A stretch of 50,620 nucleotides of DNA from Octopus bimaculoides (GCF_001194135.2 NC_068991.1:17347935-17398554), one strand, 5' to 3'; positions 1 through 9,981 are shown, numbered from the stretch's first letter. Numbers and translations: made by a program. Notes: generated by a model not told the origin, from the sequence alone.

Positions 1-175
1 ACGCAGTTTAGGGCAGCTGTGTCAAATTCTCTTATACACCAGATGTGCCATCAAAACTCTTGATTGGACCATGTCAGATGGGGGAGAAGAGCCATGCAAG
101 GAACGTGAAAATCACGGTGGTGCACCAGCATGACCGCAGCCACTTGGCTGAAACACATAAATAAAAAAAAAAAAT
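1..175 (+). mobile_element. 3' end of a SINE/LINE-type repeat
   Basis: ggtggtgcaccagcatgaccgcagc...ggctgaaaca plus an A-rich tail resembles the 3' end of the family-B SINE at 22207-22270. Confidence 0.45.
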
Positions 176-240
176 ATAGCCACTCCTGTATACATGCATG
201 CATGTATGTATTTGATATTTCTTATATCTAATTTTTCTAG

Positions 241-615
241 CTTCCTGACGGAATCTATCCGATGGCTTTTCGCTAATTCGAAAGTAAAACAGGCTAAAAA
301 GGTAATCAAAATGGCTGCTAAACTGAATAACGTTGACTTTGAACACATCTGGAGCATAGCATTAAAAAATAACTCCGTACAAGAAGCAGCCAATCAGAGA
401 GATGGAAATAATCCTGACAACCGACATCGTGACCCCCAAGTTCTGGCAGACGATGCAGCAATTAACCACACGAAAGACCACGTTAAGGAAGACATTGCAA
501 CAACAGACACCTCAAAGCAACCGAGTGAAAAAGAAATGTCAAAGTCTACCCAACTGAAGGCTATTTTTAAAATACCATACCTAAGGAAAATTACTATCGC
601 CATTTCCATTTGCTG
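241..615 (+). CDS. SLC22/MFS organic ion transporter-like gene, internal exon (end TM6, large cytoplasmic loop, start TM7)
   Basis: Acceptor tttttctag|c at 240 and donor TG|gtgag at 615. Translates FLTESIRWLFANSKVKQAKKVIKMAAKLN...IFKIPYLRKITIAISICW, matching the SLC22 PESPRWL and LFxxPxLR motifs. Upstream exons lie outside the window. Confidence 0.9.
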
Positions 616-942
616 GTGAGACCAAATAATTCATTATTTTTGTTAATTTCAATTAAATTGTGAAAGTATTCATATTTCTATCAATCCTACGTCTATGGAT
701 TCTTGACAGAAGACGTTCACTTACAACTTCTACCTTTCTTCTTTCTCTTTAGTTTGCACACGCGTGTGCATGCATATGCGTATTAAGGTATACATGTACA
801 TACATCTATCCATCCATCCATCCATCCATACATACATACATACATACATACATACATACATACGTGCGTGTCTATGTATATATATATATATGTAACTCCC
901 AATAGATTTGTTGAGTACCTTTCTTTCGCTTGTCCACTAACT

Positions 943-974
<32 letters not shown>

Positions 975-1009
975 CATACATAAATTGAAACAAAATACTT
1001 GTATAATTT

Positions 1010-1105
1010 GCTCAGCTTGCGATCATAAGGTCGTGTGTTCGATTTCTGGACACGGTAAGCACGTTGTGTCCTTGAGCAAGGCACTTCGTCTCACGGTGAT
1101 CCAGG
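1010..1105 (+). mobile_element. Decayed tRNA-derived SINE with CORE-like segment
   Basis: Box-B-like gtgttcgattt, then gcgttgtgtccttgagcaaggcactt-like sequence; a reverse copy lies at about 2290-2385. Confidence 0.5.
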
Positions 1106-1364
1106 CTGCACAACTTCTAATGAGTAACAGTGGGATGATTATACAAACCTATTTCCCTCAAACTGTATTATAACGCTATACTTTCTCGTGAGTATGACTT
1201 AGTAACATGCTTTTAATTAATTGATTCAGACATTGTGCTATTTGGACTAACTTTGAGAAAACATTAGTCACAGGGGCCGAAAATATAATTTGACTTCTGT
1301 AAATGAACTAATCAAATCGATGATGTATCGTGGGAATATAATTTCTCTTTTCCTTATATGATAG

Positions 1365-1499
1365 GATGATAGACATAACATCATTCACCAGTCTTTATTT
1401 CATGGTGGAGGCTTTAGGAGGAAGTGTATATTTCAACTTTTCAATGCTGGGAGTGGCTGAAGTTGTTTCTTCAATATTTTACTCGCTGGGAGTGAGCAG
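1365..1499 (+). CDS. SLC22-like gene, internal exon (TM7-TM8)
   Basis: Acceptor ttttccttatatgatag|g and donor AG|gtaag; phase 2-2, consistent with neighbours. Translates (W)MIDITSFTSLYFMVEALGGSVYFNFSMLGVAEVVSSIFYSLGVS(R), matching the LGGNxYLNFxLxGxVE motif. Confidence 0.9.
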
Positions 1500-1819
1500 G
1501 TAAGATTTTGTATACACTTATATCTATGTATGCATAATTTGAAATATAAAAATATACATGTACAGATACCCAAGAATACACACATACATGAACAAATACA
1601 GATGCACATTAAAATATTTGGTGATGTATCACCTGAAAATATTCGGAGTAATATCATCTAAAGAAATGGTACTTTTTGAAAATCTGAACTTACTTAATGT
1701 CACAGATTAAGCTATACAAGCACACTTGTCTTGAATGAATACAATATGCTATGGAAACATTTGTAGTAACGCCCTGAAACATCCATTTTTAAAATTCTTG
1801 TTTACTATAAACTTGACTA

Positions 1820-2204
1820 GTGGAAGCACAATGACCCAGTGGTTAGGGCAGCGGACTCGCGGTCATAGGATCGCGGTTTCGATTCCCAGATCGGGCGTTG
1901 TGAGTGTTTATTGAGCGAAAACACCTAAAGCTCCACGAGGCTCCGGCAGGGGATGGTGGCGAACCCTGCTGTACTCTTTCACCACAACTTTCTCTCACTC
2001 TTTCTTCCTGTTTCTGTTGTGCCTGTAATTCAAAGGTTCAGCCTTGTCACACTGTATCACGCTGAATATCCCCGAGGACTACGTTAAGGGTACACGTATC
2101 TGTGGAGTGCTCAGCCACTTGCACGTTAATTTCACGAGCAGGCTGTTCCGTTGATCAGATCAACTGGAACCCTCGACGTCGTAAGCGACGGAATGCCAAC
2201 AACA
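1820..2204 (+). mobile_element. tRNA-headed SINE, family A
   Basis: Box A (tgacccagtgg) and box B (ggtttcgattcc); near-identical inverted copy at 6907-7260. Confidence 0.85.
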
Positions 2205-2289
2205 GTGATCGAATGTATGTGCTGTACATTATCTCACTCCTTCTATCAAATCGACGTTGCCTGAACAGGTACATGGTGTACCACGTGTC

Positions 2290-2385
2290 AAGGTGTTGAA
2301 GTGATCATAGATCAACGTGAGATGAAGTGTTTTGCTCAAGAACACAACGCAACACCCGGTCCAGGAGCTGGAACCACGATTTAGA
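2290..2385 (-). mobile_element. Decayed CORE-like SINE
   Basis: The reverse complement contains gcgttgtgttcttgagcaaaacacttcatctcacgttgatc, homologous to 1055-1100. Confidence 0.5.
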
Positions 2386-2434
2386 TACTAAGCAGTGCAG
2401 CGAACGAAGTAAATTAATGGAGAGATACAACTAA

Positions 2435-2576
2435 CATTGGTTTCAAATTTTGGTACAAGGCCAGCAATTTCGGAAGAGCTACTCAACTAGTACTTCTTTT
2501 ATCAAACCAGAAAGGATGAAAGGCAAAGTTGACCTCGGCGGAATTTGAACTCAGAAGGTAGCGACGGACGAAATGC
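2435..2576 (-). mobile_element. SINE family C, partial
   Basis: aaaggatgaaaggcaaagttgacctcggcggaatttgaactcagaa is shared with the copies at 9982, 18221, 19576 and 45945. Confidence 0.8.
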
Positions 2577-2662
2577 ATGTGTGATACAAACAGTCATACT
2601 TGCGCAACGCAAGCGTGAAAAAATTTTCCATGCATCAAGCAACTATGTTTTCTCATTACTAG

Positions 2663-2748
2663 GTTTGGTCATAAAATATCGTTGATATTTTCAAAGACTT
2701 TTACGGCGATACTAACATTTTCAGCTGGTCTCTTGATGTTACTTGCAG
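2663..2748 (+). CDS. SLC22-like gene, internal exon (loop 8-9 and TM9)
   Basis: Acceptor ttttctcattactag|g and donor G|gtaatg. Translates (R)FGHKISLIFSKTFTAILTFSAGLLMLLA; RFGHK corresponds to the MFS RxGRR/K repeat motif. Confidence 0.88.
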
Positions 2749-3225
2749 GTAATGTAGCCATTTCATATAAAATACTTCCCTTTAAAATGACAAAAAAAAA
2801 AAAAGTTTTCTTAGCAGAACACACGCACATACATACATACATACATACATAACAAGTAGATTATTAGATCATTTAACACGCTGAAGCAAATATAAAAAAC
2901 TAACTAACGAACATCATGCGATATTAAATGAAACACAATCTTGTCAGTTCATCATAGCTTTCAAACGATGTGTTGCTTGTGTATGTGTATAGCTCTTGGT
3001 GTTGTTGACTTCTGCAGTAGCTTGTTGGTGGAGATGATGAATGAAAATATGTTTCTTAGGCTGTGTGTTGAAGCAACACCAGCGAACATTTAAAAGGTTT
3101 TATTATCGCACATAAAGACAAACTGTATTAGCCTTTTTGCAGCGATGATTGCAAACTATGTTGGCCTTTTGCGGTAATAATTACATTGGCGAAGAGAGAT
3201 ACTGTTTGGAGTTTATGGAAAACTA

Positions 3226-4226
3226 CAGGGTGTTTCAAAAAATTTGATATAAATTGAGATGTAAATATCACAAAAACTACATAGTCAAAGCATATGAAAT
3301 TAAATAGGCTTAATGTTGAGCAACATAAGATTTATTCCTCCAAATTTGAATGAGAAATTCAAAGGTATGTGGATTCCATGAACAATTTCCCAAATGTTCA
3401 ATATGCGCACTGCTTGAGACACGGCACACGTCAAGTCGGTAGTCCAGCTCCTCCCAAACACGCTGCAGCATGTCTTGGGTAACAGTCTACAGTGCGGTAG
3501 TGATTCTCTGCTCGTGTTCCTCTAGGTTTGCAGGAAGAGGGGGGATATAGACCAGACCCTTCACATAGCCCCATGTTTGCGCTTTCGCTTGTCATCTGCC
3601 GTTATGGCCTGAATGAGCCGCAGTTTGTAGGGTTTCATTAGCAAGCGTTTCCTCAGGACACGCCAATCTGTCGCTGGAGGAATCTGGGTTTCCAGCGCTT
3701 TCGCTTGTCATCTGCCGTTATGGCCTGGATGAGCCGCAGTTTGTAGTGTTTCATTAGCAAGCGTTTCCTCAGGACGTGCCAATCTGTCGTTGGAGGAATT
3801 TGGGTTTCCAGACTTGTACTTCTTATGGACTTCTTGAGGTTTCGCAAGAGTTTTTGACGAACCCGCTCGACCGTCTCTTCCGATGCTAGTGGTCGTCCAG
3901 ATCCTTTTGTCCTACACAGACAGCCTTCCTCTTTGAATTTTTTGTGCTATGTCCAAATCTGCATTGCCGTTGGTGACTTTCTAGAGAACTCACTCACCAA
4001 TGCACGCGCGCAGTCTTGTTCTACTGTGTTCGAGCATATTCCAACACACAAAACGCCTTTTCTCTTCCAGTAAATACCATTTCTATACTTGAAAAGATGA
4101 ACATATCAAACATTAAATATAAAATTTTGACCTGTTTCTACACATGTTATAATTTGAAGTCATTTGAACAAGAACTGGCAAAGTTATTTGATTGCAAAAT
4201 GATATCAAATTTTTTGAAACACCCTG
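3226..4226 (-). mobile_element. Tc1/mariner DNA transposon, internally deleted, non-autonomous
   Basis: Perfect 25-bp TIRs (CAGGGTGTTTCAAAAAATTTGATAT) flanked by TA on both sides. Minus-strand transposase remnants KKSIRSTSLETQIPPTTDWHVLRKRLLMKHYKLRL and WGYVKGLVYIPPLP...LDYRLDVCRV...HIEHL. Confidence 0.92.
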
Positions 4227-4284
4227 TATTGATACTGCAATCAGCTACTTGCCCAACATAACTGAAAACAATTGTGCTATATTC

Positions 4285-4416
4285 GTGGCAACGAAGGTTC
4301 CTGTTATCTATCTTAGCCGTCTTCCTGGGTGGCAACAGAGGTTCCTGTTATCTATCTTAGCCGTCTTCCTGGGTGGCAACGAAGGTTCCTGTTATCTATC
4401 TTAGCCGTCTTCCTGG
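4285..4416. repeat. Tandem repeat, 3 x 44 bp
   Basis: Unit gtggcaacgaaggttcctgttatctatcttagccgtcttcctgg at 4285, 4329 and 4373; no spacers. Confidence 0.95.
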
Positions 4417-5184
4417 GTCGACTGGCTGTAAAAATGCACTCCGTCTTGTGCAACAAGAATGAAGACATATATCGCTCAGCTGCCTCAGCATTCAACAATT
4501 ACCGCCCAAAAGCAGGGTATAAGAAAAAAATTCTAGAAAATTGAATCACGTGATGACTTGACATTGATTGGTTGCTTAGACCGATCACGTGAAACCATTG
4601 TGATTTGGTCGTGATGTTTGACCGCGTATCAAGGGATCTATTTTCGAATCCCCGCTACAGATGCAATATGCTTGCACATCGATAAGCATGGTTATAAATA
4701 CAATTTAGGGGTGGAGCTTAGAAAATCGTGCCGCGAAAATAACCATGCCTAGAGAAAGGCTCGAACTGAAAGAATTGAGCGGACAGAAAGGCACATATAC
4801 TACTAATATTGATTGCAACTCCACGGTCAAATATTTCAGGCGAGACAAAGGATGGGCACTATAGTAGGCTACCTAAGCAGAAAAGAAGGTGTTTAAATTT
4901 GGGTACCAGTAAACACGAAATATAATGAATGACAAAAAATATATTTCGTTATACATTTAAATCTAATCTAATATATTTATATTTTTATCTATATCATTTA
5001 AATATGTATTTATATATTTATATATAATGTATACTAGTTATTATTAGTTCCTACGTACATTTCTGGTTACTTGGAACTCAGCAATGGATATTCCAAGTGC
5101 ATTTGAGTGCTTAGCCAGAACAGATCATCAGGGAGCACTTTATTGCATTACGGAGAACTAATGTCCTTTCTCTCCTTCTCTCTA

Positions 5185-5225
<41 letters not shown>

Positions 5226-5627
5226 NNNNNNNNNNNNNNNNNNNNNNNNNNNNNNNNNNNNNNNNNNNNNNNNNNNNNNNNNNNNNNNNNNNNNNNNNNN
5301 NNNNNNNNNNNNNNNNNNNNNNNNNNNNNNNNNNNNNNNNNNNNNNNNNNNNNNNNNNNNNNNNNNNNNNNNNNNNNNNNNNNNNNNNNNNNNNNNNNNN
5401 NNNNNNNNNNNNNNNNNNNNNNNNNNNNNNNNNNNNNNNNNNNNNNNNNNNNNNNNNNNNNNNNNNNNNNNNNNNNNNNNNNNNNNNNNNNNNNNNNNNN
5501 NNNNNNNNNNNNNNNNNNNNNNNNNNNNNNNNNNNNNNNNNNNNNNNNNNNNNNNNNNNNNNNNNNNNNNNNNNNNNNNNNNNNNNNNNNNNNNNNNNNN
5601 NNNNNNNNNNNNNNNNNNNNNNNNNNN
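5226..5627. other. Assembly gap flanked by (TC)n and (AC)n microsatellites
   Basis: Run of N. Confidence 1.
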
Positions 5628-5696
<69 letters not shown>

Positions 5697-5731
5697 CATA
5701 AAATATAAATGAGTAACAAAGAGGTACAGCT

Positions 5732-5997
5732 GTCAATCCATTACGGCTGTTTCCAGCGACTCCTTGAATTGATTAATGAAAACATTACACCATTGTAAAG
5801 AAACCCTTTTTGTCAGATGAACTTATGAGCTTCAAACATAAAGGACCATTTGACTTTTTTTAACGTAGTTACAAATTCACGGAGTAAAAATGTTTGAAGC
5901 TCATGAATTCATCTGACAAAACCGGTTTCTTTACAATGATGTAATGTTTTCATTAATCAATTAAAGGAGTCGTTGGAAACAACTGTAATGTATTTAC
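5732..5997. mobile_element. MITE-like foldback element
   Basis: About 100-bp imperfect inverted arms (5739-5839 versus 5890-5990) around a 50-bp spacer. Confidence 0.75.
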
Positions 5998-6168
5998 TGA
6001 CTCTTTGTTACTCATATATATTTTATTCACCTATCCTTGAATCTTGCTCTTCGTAAATATTATACACAGTATTTTTAATATAAAGTACATGTCTGAATAG
6101 CTAAGAGCAGATTTGTTCACTCAGCTGGGTCTTATTATCTGCATACACTGCAAGAATATCATGTGGCC

Positions 6169-6270
6169 GGCACTTATGCACCAATGGCCGGATAACTGAA
6201 GAGATGTCGGTGTGGGTTCCCACCCCGGCATCCGAAACTCGGAATTCTATCATGGCTACCGAATAAGTGT

Positions 6271-6271
<1 letters not shown>
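6169..6271 (+). ncRNA. Hammerhead ribozyme-like motif (type I, non-canonical or decayed)
   Basis: CTGAAGA 6196-6202; stem II gatgtcgg/ccggcatc; GAAAC 6234-6238; stem III tcgg/ccga; ATA triplet; agtgtc pairs with ggcact 6169-6174. Three deviations from consensus (see findings). Confidence 0.45.
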
Positions 6272-6315
<44 letters not shown>

Positions 6316-6906
6316 NNNNNNNNNNNNNNNNNNNNNNNNNNNNNNNNNNNNNNNNNNNNNNNNNNNNNNNNNNNNNNNNNNNNNNNNNNNNNNNNNNNNN
6401 NNNNNNNNNNNNNNNNNNNNNNNNNNNNNNNNNNNNNNNNNNNNNNNNNNNNNNNNNNNNNNNNNNNNNNNNNNNNNNNNNNNNNNNNNNNNNNNNNNNN
6501 NNNNNNNNNNNNNNNNNNNNNNNNNNNNNNNNNNNNNNNNNNNNNNNNNNNNNNNNNNNNNNNNNNNNNNNNNNNNNNNNNNNNNNNNNNNNNNNNNNNN
6601 NNNNNNNNNNNNNNNNNNNNNNNNNNNNNNNNNNNNNNNNNNNNNNNNNNNNNNNNNNNNNNNNNNNNNNNNNNNNNNNNNNNNNNNNNNNNNNNNNNNN
6701 NNNNNNNNNNNNNNNNNNNNNNNNNNNNNNNNNNNNNNNNNNNNNNNNNNNNNNNNNNNNNNNNNNNNNNNNNNNNNNNNNNNNNNNNNNNNNNNNNNNN
6801 NNNNNNNNNNNNNNNNNNNNNNNNNNNNNNNNNNNNNNNNNNNNNNNNNNNNNNNNNNNNNNNNNNNNNNNNNNNNNNNNNNNNNNNNNNNNNNNNNNNN
6901 NNNNNN
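6316..6906. other. Assembly gap (may hide SLC22 exons)
   Basis: Run of N. Confidence 1.
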
Positions 6907-7260
6907 AGGGTTCTAGTTGATCCGATCAACGGAACAACCTGCTCGTGAAATTAACGTGCAAGTGGCTGAGCACTCCACAGACACGTGTACCCTTAACGTA
7001 GTTCTCGGGGATATTCAGCGTGATACAGTGTGACAAGGCTGACCCTTTGAATTACAGGTACAACAGAAACAGGAAGTTAGAGTGAGAGAAAGTTGTGGTG
7101 AAAGAGTACAGCAGGGTTCGCCACCATCCCCTGCCGGAGCCTCGTGGAGCTTTAGGTGTTTTCGCTCAATAAACACTCACAACGCCCGGTCTGGGAATCG
7201 AAACCGCGATCCTATGACCGCGAGTCCGCTGCCCTAACCACTGGGCCATTGCGCCTCCAC
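6907..7260 (-). mobile_element. tRNA-headed SINE, family A
   Basis: Reverse complement of 1820-2170; its 3' end runs into the gap. Confidence 0.85.
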
Positions 7261-7424
7261 TTAGACCTTGTTACATTAATTGCAGCCAGCATTGTAATTA
7301 CGGACAAATATAAGCTACGAGCATTACGGAATGTTCTCACTGGATATCACGGGATCTTTATCCGGATTCAGATATAGATTCGTCAGTAGGATACCTGCAG
7401 ACTAAGTTCACTGAGTTTGGACCC

Positions 7425-7555
7425 GGATATTTGTCCTCATCTTGTTTGTTGTTAACACAACGTTTCGGCTGATATACCCTCCAGCCTTCATCAGGTGTCT
7501 TGGCGAAATTTCGAACCTGGATTCTCATTCCTTAGGTTTTTTTCGATGTTGTTGT
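7425..7555 (-). mobile_element. Penelope-like element terminal (pLTR) fragment
   Basis: Carries a minimal hammerhead motif of the kind characteristic of PLE pLTRs; adjoins (GTT)n/(ATT)n tracts. Confidence 0.6.
7454..7499 (-). ncRNA. Minimal type I hammerhead ribozyme (PLE type)
   Basis: Minus strand reads gacac CTGATGA a ggctg gagggtatat cagcc GAAAC GT T gtgtt: intact core, 5-bp stems I and II, palindromic AACGTT stem III. Confidence 0.8.
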
Positions 7556-7557
7556 TG

Positions 7558-7615
<58 letters not shown>

Positions 7616-7617
<2 letters not shown>

Positions 7618-8070
7618 GATAGATAGATGAGTTCTTAACTTTTGTATACGATTGCCAAATTCCATCACTAAGGTAAACATAGCTGACGTAATCCATCACT
7701 ACGGCCAACTCAATGACAAAAAGCNNNNNNNNNNNNNNNNNNNNNNNNNNNNNNNNNNNNNNNNNNNNNNNNNNNNNNNNNNNNNNNNNNNNNNNNNNNN
7801 NNNNNNNNNNNNNNNNNNNNNNNNNNNNNNNNNNNNNNNNNNNNNNNNNNNNNNNNNNNNNNNNNNNNNNNNNNNNNNNNNNNNNNNNNNNNNNNNNNNN
7901 NNNNNNNNNNNNNNNNNNNNNNNNNNNNNNNNNNCCAATAAATAAGTTACTTTCGAGTTGCGCTTTTTGTCATTGAGTTGGCCGTAGTGATGGATTACGT
8001 CAGCTATGTTTACCTTAGTGATGGAATTTGGCAATCGTATACAAAAGTTAAGAGCTCATCTATCTATCTA
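7616..8070. mobile_element. Element with 109-bp terminal inverted repeats spanning a gap
   Basis: 7616-7724 is the reverse complement of 7962-8070 with one mismatch; N gap at 7725-7934; TA at both outer ends. Confidence 0.7.
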
Positions 8071-9276
8071 TTACATTTCTGCTGAGTTTCCAGTCCTCTC
8101 TATAAACTATTATTATTATTATTATTATTAAGACGAAGAGTGCGATTTTAGATGTTTTATTTTTTGAACAACATTTCGACATAACGTCTGTCTTTCTCAA
8201 GTTCAAACCAAAAGGTGATTGAAAATTCAAAATTTCAGAAACCAAACGTAAACTATGAACGTGAGTAACCAGCGTCCATACGTTGATAGAATGACATCAT
8301 CAGCTTTTGTCAGTTTTGTGTTCTTTTACTTATTGTTTTAATTTATCCGTCCAATTCTGGTCCGTCAATATCAGCCGGATAGATCTTTGCTAAGACAGAC
8401 AGTCTTCTGGCAATTTTCCACGTTTGAAATCTCCAGAAAATATGTGCACATCAAGCAGAAATTCAAATCCTGAATCTAAATCTCGTGAGCGAGGAAATCC
8501 GATTATTTTTGTTATAACAATTACTATTGCGGTCTTACAATAAATACAATTTATCTCAGTGTCGTTACATTATCCTTGTATGATTTTACATTGAGTGTAT
8601 GAAAGCAAGCCGAACAGCGTACGGTTACTATTTCATTTTCATTCTCTTTGGGGATTTTGTTGTTTTGTTGTTGTTATTATTATTATTATTATTTTTGTTT
8701 TTTGCTAATATCATTCGATCATCTACATTGATACGTCCATATATCAAAATGCAACAAAATGCACTCACAGCTATACATATATTATACACATACACTACAT
8801 GAGGTAATCACAAAACAAAAAGAAAATCCATCCTATCAAGGATTTTACATGAAACAGACCGTAGCACATCGACCTTTACATAAAGTCCATTAGCAGAACA
8901 AGAGACTGAATTCAATGGTTAAAAAGACAGAAACAGTAGACTTTGTTCTGAGTTTGAAATTTTCAGATGACATTAAAACTATTTTCGACGGCCGAGACAA
9001 TGTAGAATAAAATGTTCTGTCTGAGAAACGAGAGAAAATACAAAAACTGGTATTCGAATATGTGATCTACATTTTCCGCATACTTAGATCACCTCTACAT
9101 TCACAGGCACACACACACGCACATACACACCAAATATATCACAAGCGCATACACGAGTACCCCCATTCACACATTCACATATACATACGAGAGTGCGCGT
9201 ACCAGAGACACGCACATACGGACAAAGTTTTAAACGTATATCTATGTATTCAAAATATTTTCTTTACCATTCACAG

Positions 9277-9447
9277 ACTTTGTATATTCCATGGGCTTCC
9301 GGTTTTACAATGGGCTCTGCATGTTTAATTTCTGCTGTATTGGTTTGGCTATTTTTACCAGAAACAAAAAATAATGTTTTAATGCAAACCATCGAAGATG
9401 TCCAGAAAATGAGAGCAGAAGAAAAATCGAAGTCAATAAGAACATAA
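9277..9447 (+). CDS. SLC22-like gene, terminal coding exon (TM12 and C-tail)
   Basis: Acceptor tttaccattcacag|. Translates TLYIPWASGFTMGSACLISAVLVWLFLPETKNNVLMQTIEDVQKMRAEEKSKSIRT*, with the LPETK and TIED motifs typical of SLC22. Confidence 0.92.
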   Translation, partial: TLYIPWASGFTMGSACLISAVLVWLFLPETKNNVLMQTIEDVQKMRAEEKSKSIRT

Positions 9448-9930
9448 ATTATATCGTAGGAAAAGAAACACGTAAATTTACCTCTGCTTTTACAATGGGA
9501 GATCGGTTTTATTTAAAGTACAACCTTATAATCTTTCCTCTTGGCAGTCCACATATGTTTGCCTCAATATAAGTTACAGTCGTAAATTCAAATATTCTAT
9601 TATCTTAGAAGTTGTCACAGAGAAAAGGAAATTGTCTTGCATGTGGTGAATTCCTTGCTAATATAAAATGGCTTTTGGAAGAGAATTATAGATCGGCATG
9701 TATAATTTCACCGTCACAACATGAATGGAGTTACCTTATATAATCGCTTTTGTTAATTACTACTGAAGCATTTTAATCTTGTCTGATATATTAAATATTC
9801 ATTTTTATTTATCAAAAATATGCTTCCCCCGTTATATTGATTTCATTATATGCAAGATTTATTAATCCATTGTAATGTTGTTGTTGTCGCCGTCGTCATT
9901 GTTAGCGTCGTCGTCGTTGTTGTTGTCGTT

Positions 9931-9971
<41 letters not shown>

Positions 9972-9981
9972 TATTATTATT

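Noticed and set aside
1820-1895. tRNA gene
   Set aside because: Box A and box B are present but continue into a repeated SINE body; it is a SINE head, not a tRNA gene.
4285-4416. CRISPR-like array
   Set aside because: Contiguous units with no spacers, in a eukaryotic context.
6101-6313. Minus-strand ORF TYSVAMIEFRVSDAG... as a nested gene exon
   Set aside because: Its start comes from a (GT)n tract, no family motif is recognisable, and the region is better explained by the plus-strand hammerhead-like fold.
5107-6929. Long ORFs of 183-234 aa (likewise those at 7652, 12103, 21239, 27904, 36090, 39034 and 47058)
   Set aside because: They are open only because they run through N gaps and dinucleotide repeats.
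7283-7377. ASIVITDKYKLRALRNVLTGYHGIFIRI as the missing SLC22 TM10-11 exon
   Set aside because: Only faint resemblance, no ELFPT motif, not hydrophobic enough, and no suitable donor before the stop.
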